From Alphaproteobacteria bacterium (lineage in GTDB: Bacteria > Pseudomonadota > Alphaproteobacteria > Puniceispirillales > Marisalimonadaceae): a DNA stretch of 64,000 bases. The stretch is taken from the NCBI GenBank assembly GCA_038131545.1, contig JAYPPQ010000004.1, positions 599,095 to 663,094 on the forward strand. Direction: 5' to 3'. Position numbers and translations under genes: made by a program. Under the pieces are notes generated by a model, which had not been told where the DNA came from, made no database searches, and saw nothing but the letters and a program-made list of their open reading frames with translations. Shown here one piece after another: positions 39,151-49,696 of the stretch (the first letter of the stretch is position 1; each line of letters begins with the position of its first letter).

Positions 39151-40509
39151 ATGAATACTCCAAGTTTGTTAATTAAAAATATTTCTTATCTTGCTACTAT
39201 GGATAAAGACCAAAACGAGTACAGCAATGTCTCTGTTTTCTGTAAATCTGGAAAAATTGAAAAAATTGGAAGCAATTTAGAATTAGAAGATAAGGTAGAT
39301 AATATTATTGATGGAACTGATAAGGTTGTAATTCCTGGTTTAGTAAATACACATCACCATCTTTTTCAGAATTTAACACGCGTTTATAAACCAGCTCAAA
39401 ATAGTTCTCTTTTTGGATGGTTAACTAGCTTATATCCAGTATGGCAAAATATTATTCCTTCAGATATTTATATATCATCTTTAATTGGTATGTCAGAAAT
39501 GGTATTAACTGGATGTACAACAACTAGTGATCATCTTTATCTATTTCCAAATGGCAGCAAATTAGAGGACCAGATTGAGGCCGCAAAATTGGTTGGTTGC
39601 AGGTTTCACGCTGCCAGAGGATTTATGAGTGTTGGAGAAAGTAAAGGCGGATTGCCTCCAGATAGTTTAACCGAAGATGAAGATTTTATAATTAAGGATT
39701 GTCAGAGGGTTGTTGAAGAATTTAATAATCCAGATGCTCTGTCTATGCTTCGAGTTGTAATTGCTCCGTGTTCACCATTTTCAGTAAGTCAAGACCTCAT
39801 GAAAATAAGCGCAGAAATGGCTAGAAATTATAATATAACCCTTCATACACACTTAGCTGAAAATGATGAAGATATCGAATATTCAATGAAAAAATTTAAT
39901 AAATCGCCAGGCGAATACGCTCAAGATTTAGGATGGTTAGGGGATGATGTCTGGCATGCACATTGTGTGAAATTAAATCAATCTGAATCAAAATTATTTT
40001 CTAAAACATGTACTGGTATAGCTCATTGTCCAACTTCAAATATGAGGTTGGCAAGTGGTATTGCTCCAGTTAGAGATTGGGTTGATTTAGGGGTAAAAGT
40101 TGGTTTAGGAGTTGATGGTTCAAGTTCAAATGATAGTGGACATTTACTAGCAGAAGCAAGACAAACAATGCTTCTTCAAAGAGTTAAATATGGCGCAGAA
40201 AAATTTTCAGCTCGAGAAGCTCTAAAGATAGCAACTAAAGGTGGAGCAGAAACTTTAAATCGAAATGATATTGGGGAAATATCAATTGGGAAAGCTGCAG
40301 ACTTTGCAATTTATGACTTGAACCAAATTGATATGTCTGGGACGTTTTCTGATCCAATTGCAGGGTTAATTTTTTGTGGACCAATTAAAACCAAGTTTAC
40401 TATCTGCAATGGGAACATAATAGCTGAAAATGGACATATGAAAAATTTTGATTTAAATATCTCTCTTGAAAATCATAAGACGGCAAGTAAAAGGTTGTTA
40501 AACATTTAA
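39151..40509 (+). CDS. amidohydrolase, 8-oxoguanine/guanine deaminase-like (COG0402 type)
   Basis: VNTHHHLFQNLTR, HTHLAE, HCV and VDGSSSND metal-site motifs; 452 aa. Confidence 0.75.
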   Translation: MNTPSLLIKNISYLATMDKDQNEYSNVSVFCKSGKIEKIGSNLELEDKVDNIIDGTDKVVIPGLVNTHHHLFQNLTRVYKPAQNSSLFGWLTSLYPVWQNIIPSDIYISSLIGMSEMVLTGCTTTSDHLYLFPNGSKLEDQIEAAKLVGCRFHAARGFMSVGESKGGLPPDSLTEDEDFIIKDCQRVVEEFNNPDALSMLRVVIAPCSPFSVSQDLMKISAEMARNYNITLHTHLAENDEDIEYSMKKFNKSPGEYAQDLGWLGDDVWHAHCVKLNQSESKLFSKTCTGIAHCPTSNMRLASGIAPVRDWVDLGVKVGLGVDGSSSNDSGHLLAEARQTMLLQRVKYGAEKFSAREALKIATKGGAETLNRNDIGEISIGKAADFAIYDLNQIDMSGTFSDPIAGLIFCGPIKTKFTICNGNIIAENGHMKNFDLNISLENHKTASKRLLNI

Positions 40510-41016
40510 ATCTATATAAACGTAATCTTTTTCATCAAAATAAAATTCTTCCAAATTTTCATTATTTTTTTCAAAATTGTTTATTCGATCTATTACCCAA
40601 AAATCCTGATTTTTTGTAACTAAAAGTGGATGATGCCAGGTATTGGTTTTATAAGTTACTCCCGTTTCAGAATTAACTTTAAAACACCTCAATGTGTTAA
40701 GGTTTGGCATATTATTTTCTTCTTGAGCAACAACAACTAACCAATCAAAATTTTGAATTGGTAAGAAGGTCTGTGTTGCTAAAGGATGTTTTTCTAAAAT
40801 TTTTATTTCAATTGGAAATTTTCTTGGTTCGCCAGAAAAAATGGAAATATAACTATCACCATTATTTGTATTAAGATTTAATTTAGATATTTCACTATGT
40901 CTAATGGTTGTACCTTGATTAATAGTAAGTTTTTTGTTTGAATTTGTTTTTTCTATTATATCTCCAAAAGGTGAAAATATTTTTTGGTTAATAGTTTCTA
41001 TTGATAGGACATTCAA
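40498..41016 (-). CDS. allA: ureidoglycolate lyase
   Basis: 172 aa; FSPFGDII N-terminal region and a cupin-like AllA pattern; in an operon with allantoicase. Confidence 0.75.
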   Translation of the reverse strand: MNVLSIETINQKIFSPFGDIIEKTNSNKKLTINQGTTIRHSEISKLNLNTNNGDSYISIFSGEPRKFPIEIKILEKHPLATQTFLPIQNFDWLVVVAQEENNMPNLNTLRCFKVNSETGVTYKTNTWHHPLLVTKNQDFWVIDRINNFEKNNENLEEFYFDEKDYVYIDLNV

Positions 41017-41990
41017 CTTGATAAAACTCCAAAAATTCTTAGTCTAGATACTCCTCCATCAGGATAAATATTTAGTTTAACATAATTTACAGCACCAGAT
41101 TGATTTAAGTCTAAATAAGTATGGATTTTATCTGCCTCTAACTTTTGTGAAGATAAAATTTCTATCCAATTTGAAGAAGAGTTAACTAGTTCATCATCAG
41201 TCATTTTATCTTTAACTAAAGCACATTGCACTGATGCTCTGTCAGGATAATTTCCTTTGAAATGTGCAGTATCAATTTCTATTTTATTTATGATACCAAC
41301 GTGAGCTAGTTTAATAATGATCCAATCATTTCCAGGAGTTCTTCTTCTTCTTGTCTCCCAACCATCACCCATTGTTTTTCCTCTTCCATTAGAAAGTAAA
41401 GCAGATACATCGCCATAATGAGCATTATTGTAAGTTATTATTTTCCCACCTAAATTTAATGAAGAAAGTTCATAGTCAATTTTTTTGTTAATATCAAAGT
41501 TGTAAATTACTTCTCCATTTAGCCTTAACCTTGCAACACCGCCATCTGGAAAAATTTGAAATCTTACATAATTTACAATTTCTGATTTTACTGCAAACTT
41601 TTGAGAGTGGTCTCCTTTTAACTCAGATTTTTTTAAAATAGATATCCAATTATCATCAAAGCTTGGGTTTTCATTTGAATAAATACCTTCTAAGGAAGCA
41701 TAAGGAGGAAAATTTCCAGTGAAATATGCTGTATCAATTTCTATTTCACTGATTTTTCCAGGTGAACCTAATTTAATAATACACCAATCATTGCCCTCAG
41801 TTCTTTTTCTTCTACTTTCCCATCCATCCATCCATTTGCCATGGTCATCGTATTTATCTTCAATAAAGACAGGTTCTTTGTCATTGAGCATTCTTGAAAC
41901 ATCACCAAAAAAATCATCAGAAAAATCAATGATTTTAGTACCTAATTTTGGTGATGCTAGATTTACAAGTTTTAAAATATTTTCATTCAT
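41013..41990 (-). CDS. alc: allantoicase
   Basis: Two internal allantoicase repeats (DGWESRRKR...DTAYFTGNFP and DGWETRRRR...DTAHFKGNYP); 325 aa. Confidence 0.85.
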   Translation of the reverse strand: MNENILKLVNLASPKLGTKIIDFSDDFFGDVSRMLNDKEPVFIEDKYDDHGKWMDGWESRRKRTEGNDWCIIKLGSPGKISEIEIDTAYFTGNFPPYASLEGIYSNENPSFDDNWISILKKSELKGDHSQKFAVKSEIVNYVRFQIFPDGGVARLRLNGEVIYNFDINKKIDYELSSLNLGGKIITYNNAHYGDVSALLSNGRGKTMGDGWETRRRRTPGNDWIIIKLAHVGIINKIEIDTAHFKGNYPDRASVQCALVKDKMTDDELVNSSSNWIEILSSQKLEADKIHTYLDLNQSGAVNYVKLNIYPDGGVSRLRIFGVLSS

Positions 41991-42000
41991 AACTAATTCC

Positions 42001-43407
42001 TTAAAATGATGAGAAATCTCTGCTCATATATTTGCCAAGATTGTTTACTGTAGTAAACTCTCCATTATCAAAAATTTTATTACCACGTAGCCAAGTTTGA
42101 ACTGGCCATCCTGTTATTTCTAATCCTTCATATGGGGTATAGTCAGAACCATGATTAAGATCATTTTGAGAAATTTTCTTTTTTAAATTTGGATCCCAAA
42201 ATGTAAGATCAGCATCTGAGCCAACCTTAATAACACCTTTTTGAGGGTACATACCATACATCTTAGCAGGGTTTGTAGAAGTTAATTCTACAAATCTTTT
42301 TAGATCGATTTTATTTTTTGAAACACCTTCTGAAAACAAAATGGGCATTCTTGTTTCTACTCCAGGAATTCCATTTGGCACCCATTTAAATGAAGTTCTT
42401 GCACCAGGTCTATCTTTTCCTTGTTTATCTTTAAATCTAAATGGGCAGTGATCTGAAGAGAATATTTCAAATGTGCCATCGATTAAACCTGACCAAATGG
42501 CTTCTTGACTTTTTTTATCTCGCGGCGGAGGAGAACAGACATATTTTGCACCTTCAAAGTCCATATTTAAACCTTTGAGGTCATCTTCAGTTAGACAAAT
42601 ATATTGAGGACATGTTTCTGAAAAAACTTTTATACCTTTATCTTTTGCCCATCTAATTTGGTTTAGCGCTTCTTCTCCTGAAACATGAACAATCATAAGT
42701 GGGATGTCAACTATTTGAGCATGACTTATAGCTCTATGTGTGGCTTCTCTTTCGACAATTTGAGGTCTGGTAGGAGCATGATAATAAGGTGCTGTTTTTC
42801 CTTCTTTTTCAAACTTGTCTGATAAATATTTTATAGAATCATAGCCTTCTGCATGAACCATCACTAAGGTTTTTAATTGTTTTGCAACGTCAAAAACTTC
42901 AATTAATTCTTTGTCGTTTAAAACTAAATCATCATATGTCATAAAAACTTTAAAAGATGTGTAGCCATCTTTTGATAGGGCTGGTAACTCTTGACCTAAA
43001 ACTTGAGGAGTTGGGTCGCTAATTATCAAATGAAAAGAGGTATCTATATACATATTGCCTTGAGCCTTTTTATGGTAATCCTCAACACATTTTCGTAAGG
43101 ATTGTCCTTTTATTTGCATGGCAAAAGGTAAAATAGTTGTATTTCCACCTGCAGCTGCAGACTTTGTTGCTGATTGAAAATTGTCAGCCATAATGACATC
43201 ATCTCCTGATGGCTGATCTACATGGACATGAGGATCAATGCCTCCAGGTAAAACAATTAGATCACTGGCATTGATTTTAAATTCTGCATTTAGATTTTCA
43301 TCACCAAGATAAGCTATTTTACCATCTTTAATTCCAATATTTAGGTGACCAATTTCATTTTCAGTAACAACTAAACCATTTTCAATTAGCGTATCTAAAT
43401 TATTCAT
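42001..43407 (-). CDS. dihydropyrimidinase / D-hydantoinase-type cyclic amidohydrolase (possible allantoinase role)
   Basis: GGIDPHVH, SFKVFMTY, VHAEG, SDHCPF and VPNGIPGVETRM motifs of the hydantoinase/dihydropyrimidinase clade; 468 aa. Confidence 0.8.
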   Translation of the reverse strand: MNNLDTLIENGLVVTENEIGHLNIGIKDGKIAYLGDENLNAEFKINASDLIVLPGGIDPHVHVDQPSGDDVIMADNFQSATKSAAAGGNTTILPFAMQIKGQSLRKCVEDYHKKAQGNMYIDTSFHLIISDPTPQVLGQELPALSKDGYTSFKVFMTYDDLVLNDKELIEVFDVAKQLKTLVMVHAEGYDSIKYLSDKFEKEGKTAPYYHAPTRPQIVEREATHRAISHAQIVDIPLMIVHVSGEEALNQIRWAKDKGIKVFSETCPQYICLTEDDLKGLNMDFEGAKYVCSPPPRDKKSQEAIWSGLIDGTFEIFSSDHCPFRFKDKQGKDRPGARTSFKWVPNGIPGVETRMPILFSEGVSKNKIDLKRFVELTSTNPAKMYGMYPQKGVIKVGSDADLTFWDPNLKKKISQNDLNHGSDYTPYEGLEITGWPVQTWLRGNKIFDNGEFTTVNNLGKYMSRDFSSF

Positions 43408-43494
43408 TTATCACTCGATATAAAGATTGTTATAAAGATATATAAGGTTAACATGTTTTGATATAATTTTAAATGCAAAGGAAAAATTATTTTA

Positions 43495-44295
43495 ATGCAT
43501 GATCAAAATTCACAAAAGTCGTTTGGAAAACTTGATGTAGAAGTAAAAAATGACGAATTAAAAAAATTTTTTCAAAAGGGCTGTGCAAAATCATTTATTC
43601 CTAAAAATGATAATTCAACTACTGAATTAGTAACATTAAATACAGCAGGAGGTTTAACATCTGGTGATAATTTTGTAACTAATTTTAAATTAAATAACTC
43701 AAAGATTTGTATTTCAACTCAAGCAGCTGAAAAAATATATTCTGGTTATGGTTATCCTGCAAAAGTAGAAAATAAAGTAATTATCGATGATTCAAGTACG
43801 CTATTTTGGATGCCTCAAGAATTAATATTATTTAATAACTCGAAGTTAGAAAGAAATTCATATTTTGATTTAAAAACTAATTCAAATTTACTCATTTGTG
43901 AAACCATCATTTTTGGAAGAAGATCAATGAATGAAAATATAGAAAATATTTTAATTTCTGATCATTGGGAAATTAAAATTAATGATAAAATTAAGCATTT
44001 TGAAACTGTTAATTTTAAAGGCGTTTTAAGAGATTATTTTAAAAACAAATCAGCACTTTCAAATAATTGTGCTTTTAATTTTATATTTGGTTATGGAGAA
44101 TCACTTATTAATAAAGCAGAAACAATTGATAAGAATTTACTTAATCATGAAAATACTGATATGGCCATTTCAATTTGGGATGAAAAATTCATCATAAGAT
44201 CGGTTTCTGAAGATAATTACGATTTAAGAATTGCTCTTCAAAAAATATTGCCTTATTTTTATAATAATGAATTACCAAAAATGTGGAAATTTTAA
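43495..44295 (+). CDS. ureD: urease accessory protein UreD
   Basis: Position at the head of the ure operon; 266 aa; TLNTAGGLTSGD motif. Confidence 0.8.
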   Translation: MHDQNSQKSFGKLDVEVKNDELKKFFQKGCAKSFIPKNDNSTTELVTLNTAGGLTSGDNFVTNFKLNNSKICISTQAAEKIYSGYGYPAKVENKVIIDDSSTLFWMPQELILFNNSKLERNSYFDLKTNSNLLICETIIFGRRSMNENIENILISDHWEIKINDKIKHFETVNFKGVLRDYFKNKSALSNNCAFNFIFGYGESLINKAETIDKNLLNHENTDMAISIWDEKFIIRSVSEDNYDLRIALQKILPYFYNNELPKMWKF

Positions 44296-44598
44296 ATGAA
44301 ATTATCACCTAGAGAAAAAGAAAAGTTATTAGTTAGTTTGGCTGCCATGGTAGCTAAAGACAGGCTTAAGAGAGGTGTAAAACTTAATTACCCAGAGGCT
44401 ATTGCCATCATCTCAGATTTTGTTATTGAAGGGGCACGAGATGGCAAATCAGTAGCTGATTTAATGGAAGAGGGTGCTCATGTCGTTAAGAAAGATCAGT
44501 GTATGGAGGGAATTAAGGATATGATACATGAAGTTCAGGTAGAAGCAACATTCCCTGATGGCACTAAATTGGTAACTGTTCATCATCCAATACGATAA
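44296..44598 (+). CDS. ureA: urease subunit gamma
   Basis: [12 protein letters not shown]... is the classic UreA N-terminus; 100 aa. Confidence 0.95.
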   Translation: MKLSPREKEKLLVSLAAMVAKDRLKRGVKLNYPEAIAIISDFVIEGARDGKSVADLMEEGAHVVKKDQCMEGIKDMIHEVQVEATFPDGTKLVTVHHPIR

Positions 44599-44608
44599 GG
44601 ATTTATAA

Positions 44609-44917
44609 ATGAAACCAGGTGAAATTATTAATAAAGAAGGTTTTATAGAGTTAAATAAAACATCAAATTCTATTACAATTAAAGTTTCTAATAAAGGAGA
44701 CAGACCTATTCAAGTTGGAAGTCATTATCATTTTGAAGAAGTAAATGAATTTTTAGAATTTGATAGACTTAAATCAAGAGGAAAAAGATTAAACATTCCA
44801 TCAGGTACAGCTGTTCGATTTGAACCAGGACAAACTAGGGATGTTGAGTTAATTGATTTCCTCGGAGGTCGAAATATTTATGGATTTAATAAAAAAATAA
44901 TGGGCTCTTTGAAATGA
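44609..44917 (+). CDS. ureB: urease subunit beta
   Basis: MKPGEII...[17 protein letters not shown]. Confidence 0.95.
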   Translation: MKPGEIINKEGFIELNKTSNSITIKVSNKGDRPIQVGSHYHFEEVNEFLEFDRLKSRGKRLNIPSGTAVRFEPGQTRDVELIDFLGGRNIYGFNKKIMGSLK

Positions 44918-46620
44918 AGAAAATTACCAGACAATCTTATTCTGATATGTATGGACCAACTACCGGTGATAAAATAAGGTTGGCAGATACAGAACTATTT
45001 ATAGAAGTTGAAAAAGATCTTACAACATATGGTGAGGAAGTAAAATTTGGTGGTGGAAAAGTAATTCGAGACGGAATGGGGCAATCTCAAGTAACTAATA
45101 AAGATGGTGCTGTGGATACAATTATCACTAATGCCCTGATTGTAGATGTAACAGGAATCTATAAAGCAGATGTAGGGTTAAAAGACGGAAAAATAAATAA
45201 AATTGGCAAAGGTGGAAACCCAGATACTCAACCTAATGTTGATATTGTAGTTGGTCCTGGCACAGAAGTTATTGCGGGTGAAGGTAAAATTTTAACTGCT
45301 GGAGGATTTGATAGTCATATACATTTTATATGCCCACAACAAATAGATGACGCTTTGCATTCAGGATTAACTACTATGTTAGGGGGCGGAACTGGTCCAG
45401 CTCATGGAACTCTTGCAACAACGTGTACTCCAGGTCCATGGCATATTCAAAGAATGATTCAAGCTTCTGATGCTTTTCCAATGAATTTAGGTTTTGCTGG
45501 TAAAGGTAACTCATCATTGCCAGAGGGTTTGAAGGAACAAATCATGGCAGGTGCTTGTGCTCTAAAACTTCATGAAGATTGGGGCACCACTCCAGGAGCA
45601 ATTGATAATTGTCTATCAATGGCCGATAAATTTGATATACAAGTAATGATACATACCGATACCTTAAATGAGAGTGGTTTTGTTGAAAATACACTTAAAG
45701 CAATCAATAAAAGAATAATTCACGCCTTTCATACTGAGGGTGCAGGTGGTGGGCATGCTCCAGATATTATAAAAGTATGTGGTGAAGAAAATATCATACC
45801 ATCGTCTACCAACCCAACAAGACCATATACTGTTAATACAATAGAAGAGCATCTAGATATGCTTATGGTTTGTCATCACCTTGACAAATCCATACCTGAA
45901 GATGTTGCATTCGCAGAAAGCAGAATTCGAAAAGAAACGATTGCTGCAGAAGATATTCTTCATGATATGGGAGCATTTTCAATCATTGCATCAGATAGTC
46001 AAGCAATGGGCAGAGTAGGTGAAGTAATTATAAGAACATGGCAAACTGCTCATAAAATGAAAGTACAAAGAGGGAAATTACCTGAAGAACAAGGAGACAA
46101 TGATAACTTTAGGGTTAAAAGATATATTGCCAAATATACAATTAACCCAGCAATTACACATGGAATTTCAAACTATATTGGGAGTGTTGAAGAGAAAAAA
46201 AGAGGTGATTTAGTATTGTGGGATCCTGCATTTTTTGGAGTAAAACCAGAAATGGTTTTAATTGGAGGCAGTATAGCATGTGCACAAATGGGAGATCCTA
46301 ATGCTTCTATACCAACACCTCAACCAGTATATACGCGTCCAATGTTTGGATCTTTTGGAAGATCATTAGAAAAATCTTCAGTTATATTTACTAGTGAATT
46401 ATCTTTAGAAAACGATATTCTGAAAAATAATGATACCAAGAAAGAATTTGTAGCAGTAAAAAATACCAGAAACATATCAAAAAAAGATATGGTTTTTAAT
46501 AACACATGTCCAAAAATCGAGGTTAATCCAGAAACATATGAAGTTAAGGCTGACGGAAAATTAATCACATGTGAGCCGGCAAATATTTTACCAATGGCAC
46601 AAAGATATTTTATGTATTAA
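44914..46620 (+). CDS. ureC: urease subunit alpha
   Basis: [20 protein letters not shown] and MVCHHLD active-site motifs; 568 aa. Confidence 0.95.
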   Translation: MKKITRQSYSDMYGPTTGDKIRLADTELFIEVEKDLTTYGEEVKFGGGKVIRDGMGQSQVTNKDGAVDTIITNALIVDVTGIYKADVGLKDGKINKIGKGGNPDTQPNVDIVVGPGTEVIAGEGKILTAGGFDSHIHFICPQQIDDALHSGLTTMLGGGTGPAHGTLATTCTPGPWHIQRMIQASDAFPMNLGFAGKGNSSLPEGLKEQIMAGACALKLHEDWGTTPGAIDNCLSMADKFDIQVMIHTDTLNESGFVENTLKAINKRIIHAFHTEGAGGGHAPDIIKVCGEENIIPSSTNPTRPYTVNTIEEHLDMLMVCHHLDKSIPEDVAFAESRIRKETIAAEDILHDMGAFSIIASDSQAMGRVGEVIIRTWQTAHKMKVQRGKLPEEQGDNDNFRVKRYIAKYTINPAITHGISNYIGSVEEKKRGDLVLWDPAFFGVKPEMVLIGGSIACAQMGDPNASIPTPQPVYTRPMFGSFGRSLEKSSVIFTSELSLENDILKNNDTKKEFVAVKNTRNISKKDMVFNNTCPKIEVNPETYEVKADGKLITCEPANILPMAQRYFMY

Positions 46621-46623
46621 GTC

Positions 46624-47067
46624 ATGGAAATTTGTAATTCAATTTTACATAATACAGGTGTTGCCAGTGATGAAGATTTTATTGAACTTTCTTATGATGA
46701 GAGATTTTTAAGAAGAAAAAAATTAACATCTTATAATGGGATTGAATTTCTTGTAGATTTAAAAAATACAATATCACTTAAAAAAGATGATATGTTCAAG
46801 CTAGATAGTGGTTTACTTATAAATGTTAGATATAAAATAGAAGAACTTTTAGAAATTAAGGGTAATAATTTAATGCATTTAATTTGGCATATTGGAAATA
46901 GACATATTCCATGTCAAATTGAAGAAAATAGAATTTTAATACAGAATGATAAAGTTATTGAAGAAATGATATTGAGGTTAAATGGGCAAACAAAAGTAGT
47001 TCTAGAAGCATTTGATCCTGAGGGAGGTGCCTACGGAATTGGAAGAACACATGGCCATAGACACTAA
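46624..47067 (+). CDS. ureE: urease accessory protein UreE
   Basis: Operon position; LIWHIGNRH motif; short His-containing tail GRTHGHRH. Confidence 0.8.
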   Translation: MEICNSILHNTGVASDEDFIELSYDERFLRRKKLTSYNGIEFLVDLKNTISLKKDDMFKLDSGLLINVRYKIEELLEIKGNNLMHLIWHIGNRHIPCQIEENRILIQNDKVIEEMILRLNGQTKVVLEAFDPEGGAYGIGRTHGHRH

Positions 47068-47704
47068 TTTTTCAGATGATATCAAACAGAATCAAATATT
47101 ACAGATATGGTTTTCATCATCTTTTCCAATAGGATCATTTGCCTATTCTCACGGATTAGAGGCTATGATAGATAATAAATATATTAAAGATGAAAAAGAT
47201 ATTTTGAAATGTATTGATGTATTGACTAATCATGGCACTTTAAAAAATGATTTTATTTATATAAAAGAAACGTATGAAGGTTATGAATTAAATGATATTG
47301 TTCTAGCTAACGCGGCAAGCAAAGAGAGATATTTGGAAACAATTTCTTTAGGTAAATCTTTTAGTAAAATACTCAAGGAAACATGGGGTTTTGATTTAGA
47401 ACCAAATTTATCTTATCCAATATGTATTGGAAAAGCAGGTTTATATTTTAAGATTCCTTTTGATAAACTCATTACATTTTATTTTCAGTCATTTATTTCA
47501 AATTTAATTAATATTTGTGTAAAGCATATCCCACTAGGACAAAAAATTGGACAGGACTGCTTATTAAAATCAACATCTATTGCTGAAAACTTTTTTAAAA
47601 AATCAAAAAAATTAAATTTAAAAGATATTGGTGGTATAACTTTTAATTTAGATTTACATAGTATTCATCACGAAAAATTAACATCAAGGATTTATATTTC
47701 ATGA
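47051..47704 (+). CDS. ureF: urease accessory protein UreF
   Basis: [16 protein letters not shown] motif. I prefer the ATG at 47051 over the ORF-track start at 47012. Confidence 0.8.
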   Translation: MAIDTNFSDDIKQNQILQIWFSSSFPIGSFAYSHGLEAMIDNKYIKDEKDILKCIDVLTNHGTLKNDFIYIKETYEGYELNDIVLANAASKERYLETISLGKSFSKILKETWGFDLEPNLSYPICIGKAGLYFKIPFDKLITFYFQSFISNLINICVKHIPLGQKIGQDCLLKSTSIAENFFKKSKKLNLKDIGGITFNLDLHSIHHEKLTSRIYIS

Positions 47705-48321
47705 AAAATTTCAATGGTCCATTGAGGATAGGTATTGGAGGTCCAGTAGGTGCTGGTAAGACTAGTTTAACTGAAGGCTTATGTAATGCATTATCAAATA
47801 AGATATCTATGGCTGTAATTTCAAATGATATTTATACCGTTGAGGATGCAGAGTATTTAATGAAAAAACAAGCATTGCCTATTGAAAGAATAAAAGGCGT
47901 TGAAACTGGTGGATGTCCTCATACTGCAATAAGAGAAGATGCATCAATAAACTTGTTAGCAGTTGATGAAATGAAAAATAAATTTCCAGATCTAGATTTG
48001 ATTTTGATTGAATCTGGAGGAGACAACTTAGCAGCAACATTTAGTCCAGAACTTGTAGATTTAACTATCTATGTTATTGATGTTGGAATGGGAGGTGATA
48101 TTCCAAGAAAAGGAGGTCTTGCCTTAAAAAAATCTGATCTTTTAATCATAAATAAAACTGATTTGGCACCATATGTAGATGTTAATCTTGAAGAAATGAA
48201 AACTGATGTTGAAAAGACTAGAGATGGTTTACCTTATATTTTTGGACAAATGAAGAATAAAGTAGGTATAGAAGAAGTTTCAAAGTTTTTAGAATTAGAA
48301 GGTGGTTTAAATTGCTTTTAA
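47701..48321 (+). CDS. ureG: urease accessory GTPase UreG
   Basis: [12 protein letters not shown]-loop, CPHTAIRED and ESGGDNL. Confidence 0.95.
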   Translation: MKNFNGPLRIGIGGPVGAGKTSLTEGLCNALSNKISMAVISNDIYTVEDAEYLMKKQALPIERIKGVETGGCPHTAIREDASINLLAVDEMKNKFPDLDLILIESGGDNLAATFSPELVDLTIYVIDVGMGGDIPRKGGLALKKSDLLIINKTDLAPYVDVNLEEMKTDVEKTRDGLPYIFGQMKNKVGIEEVSKFLELEGGLNCF

Positions 48322-48945
48322 CTAAGTATCATACAACCTATCGCCAGCGTCACCCAATCCAGGAACAATAAAACCTTTATCATTTAAATCTAAGTCTTTC
48401 TGTGCAGTATAAATTCTATAATTAGGATATTTTGTAACAACATTTTTTATACCAATTTCACTTGATAAAAGAGTAACTATAGATATGTCATTACAATCAT
48501 AACTATTTAAAATTTGGATGGATTTAATAATACTTCCTCCAGTAGCAAGCATTGGATCACATAAAAATACTTTTCTTTTTGATATATTTTTTGGCAATTT
48601 TTCGAAATAAGTTTGAGGCCTTAATGATTTTTCGTCTCTAAAAATACCAATATAACCCGTTGAACAATATGGAAAAATTTCAGATAAACCATCAACTATA
48701 ATTGAACCTGCTCTTAAGATAGAGACAAGACATGGGTATGGCTCATTAATTTTAAGACCTCTATAACTTCCAATCGGTGTTTCAATTTTATGGTTATTTA
48801 CTAATAATTCCTTAAACACCTCAAATCCCATCAAAACAGAAACTTTTTTAGCCAAAGATTTAAATTCACTACTCGATGTATTTTTATTTCGAATAATAGT
48901 CATATAGTGATTGATTAATGGATGATCTAAAACTGTAACATTCAT
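48322..48945 (-). CDS. upp: uracil phosphoribosyltransferase
   Basis: VSILRAG and LCDPMLATGGS PRPP-binding motifs; 207 aa. Confidence 0.9.
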   Translation of the reverse strand: MNVTVLDHPLINHYMTIIRNKNTSSSEFKSLAKKVSVLMGFEVFKELLVNNHKIETPIGSYRGLKINEPYPCLVSILRAGSIIVDGLSEIFPYCSTGYIGIFRDEKSLRPQTYFEKLPKNISKRKVFLCDPMLATGGSIIKSIQILNSYDCNDISIVTLLSSEIGIKNVVTKYPNYRIYTAQKDLDLNDKGFIVPGLGDAGDRLYDT

Positions 48946-48951
48946 AATTAT

Positions 48952-49680
48952 TTAAACTTCAAAATTTTTAAACATACCAGTAAATTTCTTACTTCTGGGC
49001 ATTGCAAAGCTATTTCGAGAGGACGTTTTTAAATCTAAATCAATAAATGATTCTGCAAATTTAACAGCGACTGAAATACCTTCAATAACAGGAATATTAT
49101 ATTTTTTTTTCATTTTTACAGCAAAATCAGCCATTCCTGCACATCCTAAAACAAAAATTTCAGTATCAGAATTATCTAAAATTTCTTTAATTTTATCTTC
49201 AATCTTTTGCTCAGTTAAATTCAAATTACTTTCTAATTCTAAAACTGGTATATCAACGGAACTTATAGAAACACAATTATCATAAAGTCCATAATTTTTT
49301 AAATTCTTTTTCAATGCTGGTATTGATCTTTTTAGAGTTGTAATTACTGAAAAATGCCCACCTAACATATTTGCGGCATGATAAGAAGCTTCGCCTATTC
49401 CAATAACTGGTTTGTCTGTAATAGTTCTGCACGCATCTAATCCTGTGTCATCAAAACATGCTACAATGTATGCGTCATATTCAGGATTAGCTCTTATCTC
49501 AGATATGATACCTGGAATGCAAAAGGCTTCATCATAGTAACCTTCAATGCTTTCGGGACCAAATTTAGGATTAATTGAAAATATTTTTGTATTATTTGAT
49601 GCAAAAGATTGCGCAACCTTATCAATATTGTTTGTCATCAAATCTGATGTATTTGGATTTATAACACAAATTTTTTTCAA
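48952..49680 (-). CDS. Asp/Glu/hydantoin racemase family protein (hydantoin/allantoin racemase type)
   Basis: Two catalytic-Cys contexts, VACFDDTGLDA and LGCAGMA; 242 aa. Confidence 0.8.
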   Translation of the reverse strand: MKKICVINPNTSDLMTNNIDKVAQSFASNNTKIFSINPKFGPESIEGYYDEAFCIPGIISEIRANPEYDAYIVACFDDTGLDACRTITDKPVIGIGEASYHAANMLGGHFSVITTLKRSIPALKKNLKNYGLYDNCVSISSVDIPVLELESNLNLTEQKIEDKIKEILDNSDTEIFVLGCAGMADFAVKMKKKYNIPVIEGISVAVKFAESFIDLDLKTSSRNSFAMPRSKKFTGMFKNFEV

Positions 49681-49696
49681 AATAATAATCTCTCTT

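Noticed and set aside
48322-48945. The possibility that upp plus the hydantoinase mark a pyrimidine (reductive) catabolic cluster rather than a purine one.
   Set aside because: No dihydropyrimidine dehydrogenase or beta-ureidopropionase/beta-alanine synthase is present. The hydantoinase is operonic with allantoicase and allA. upp is a salvage enzyme and is likely just a neighbour.
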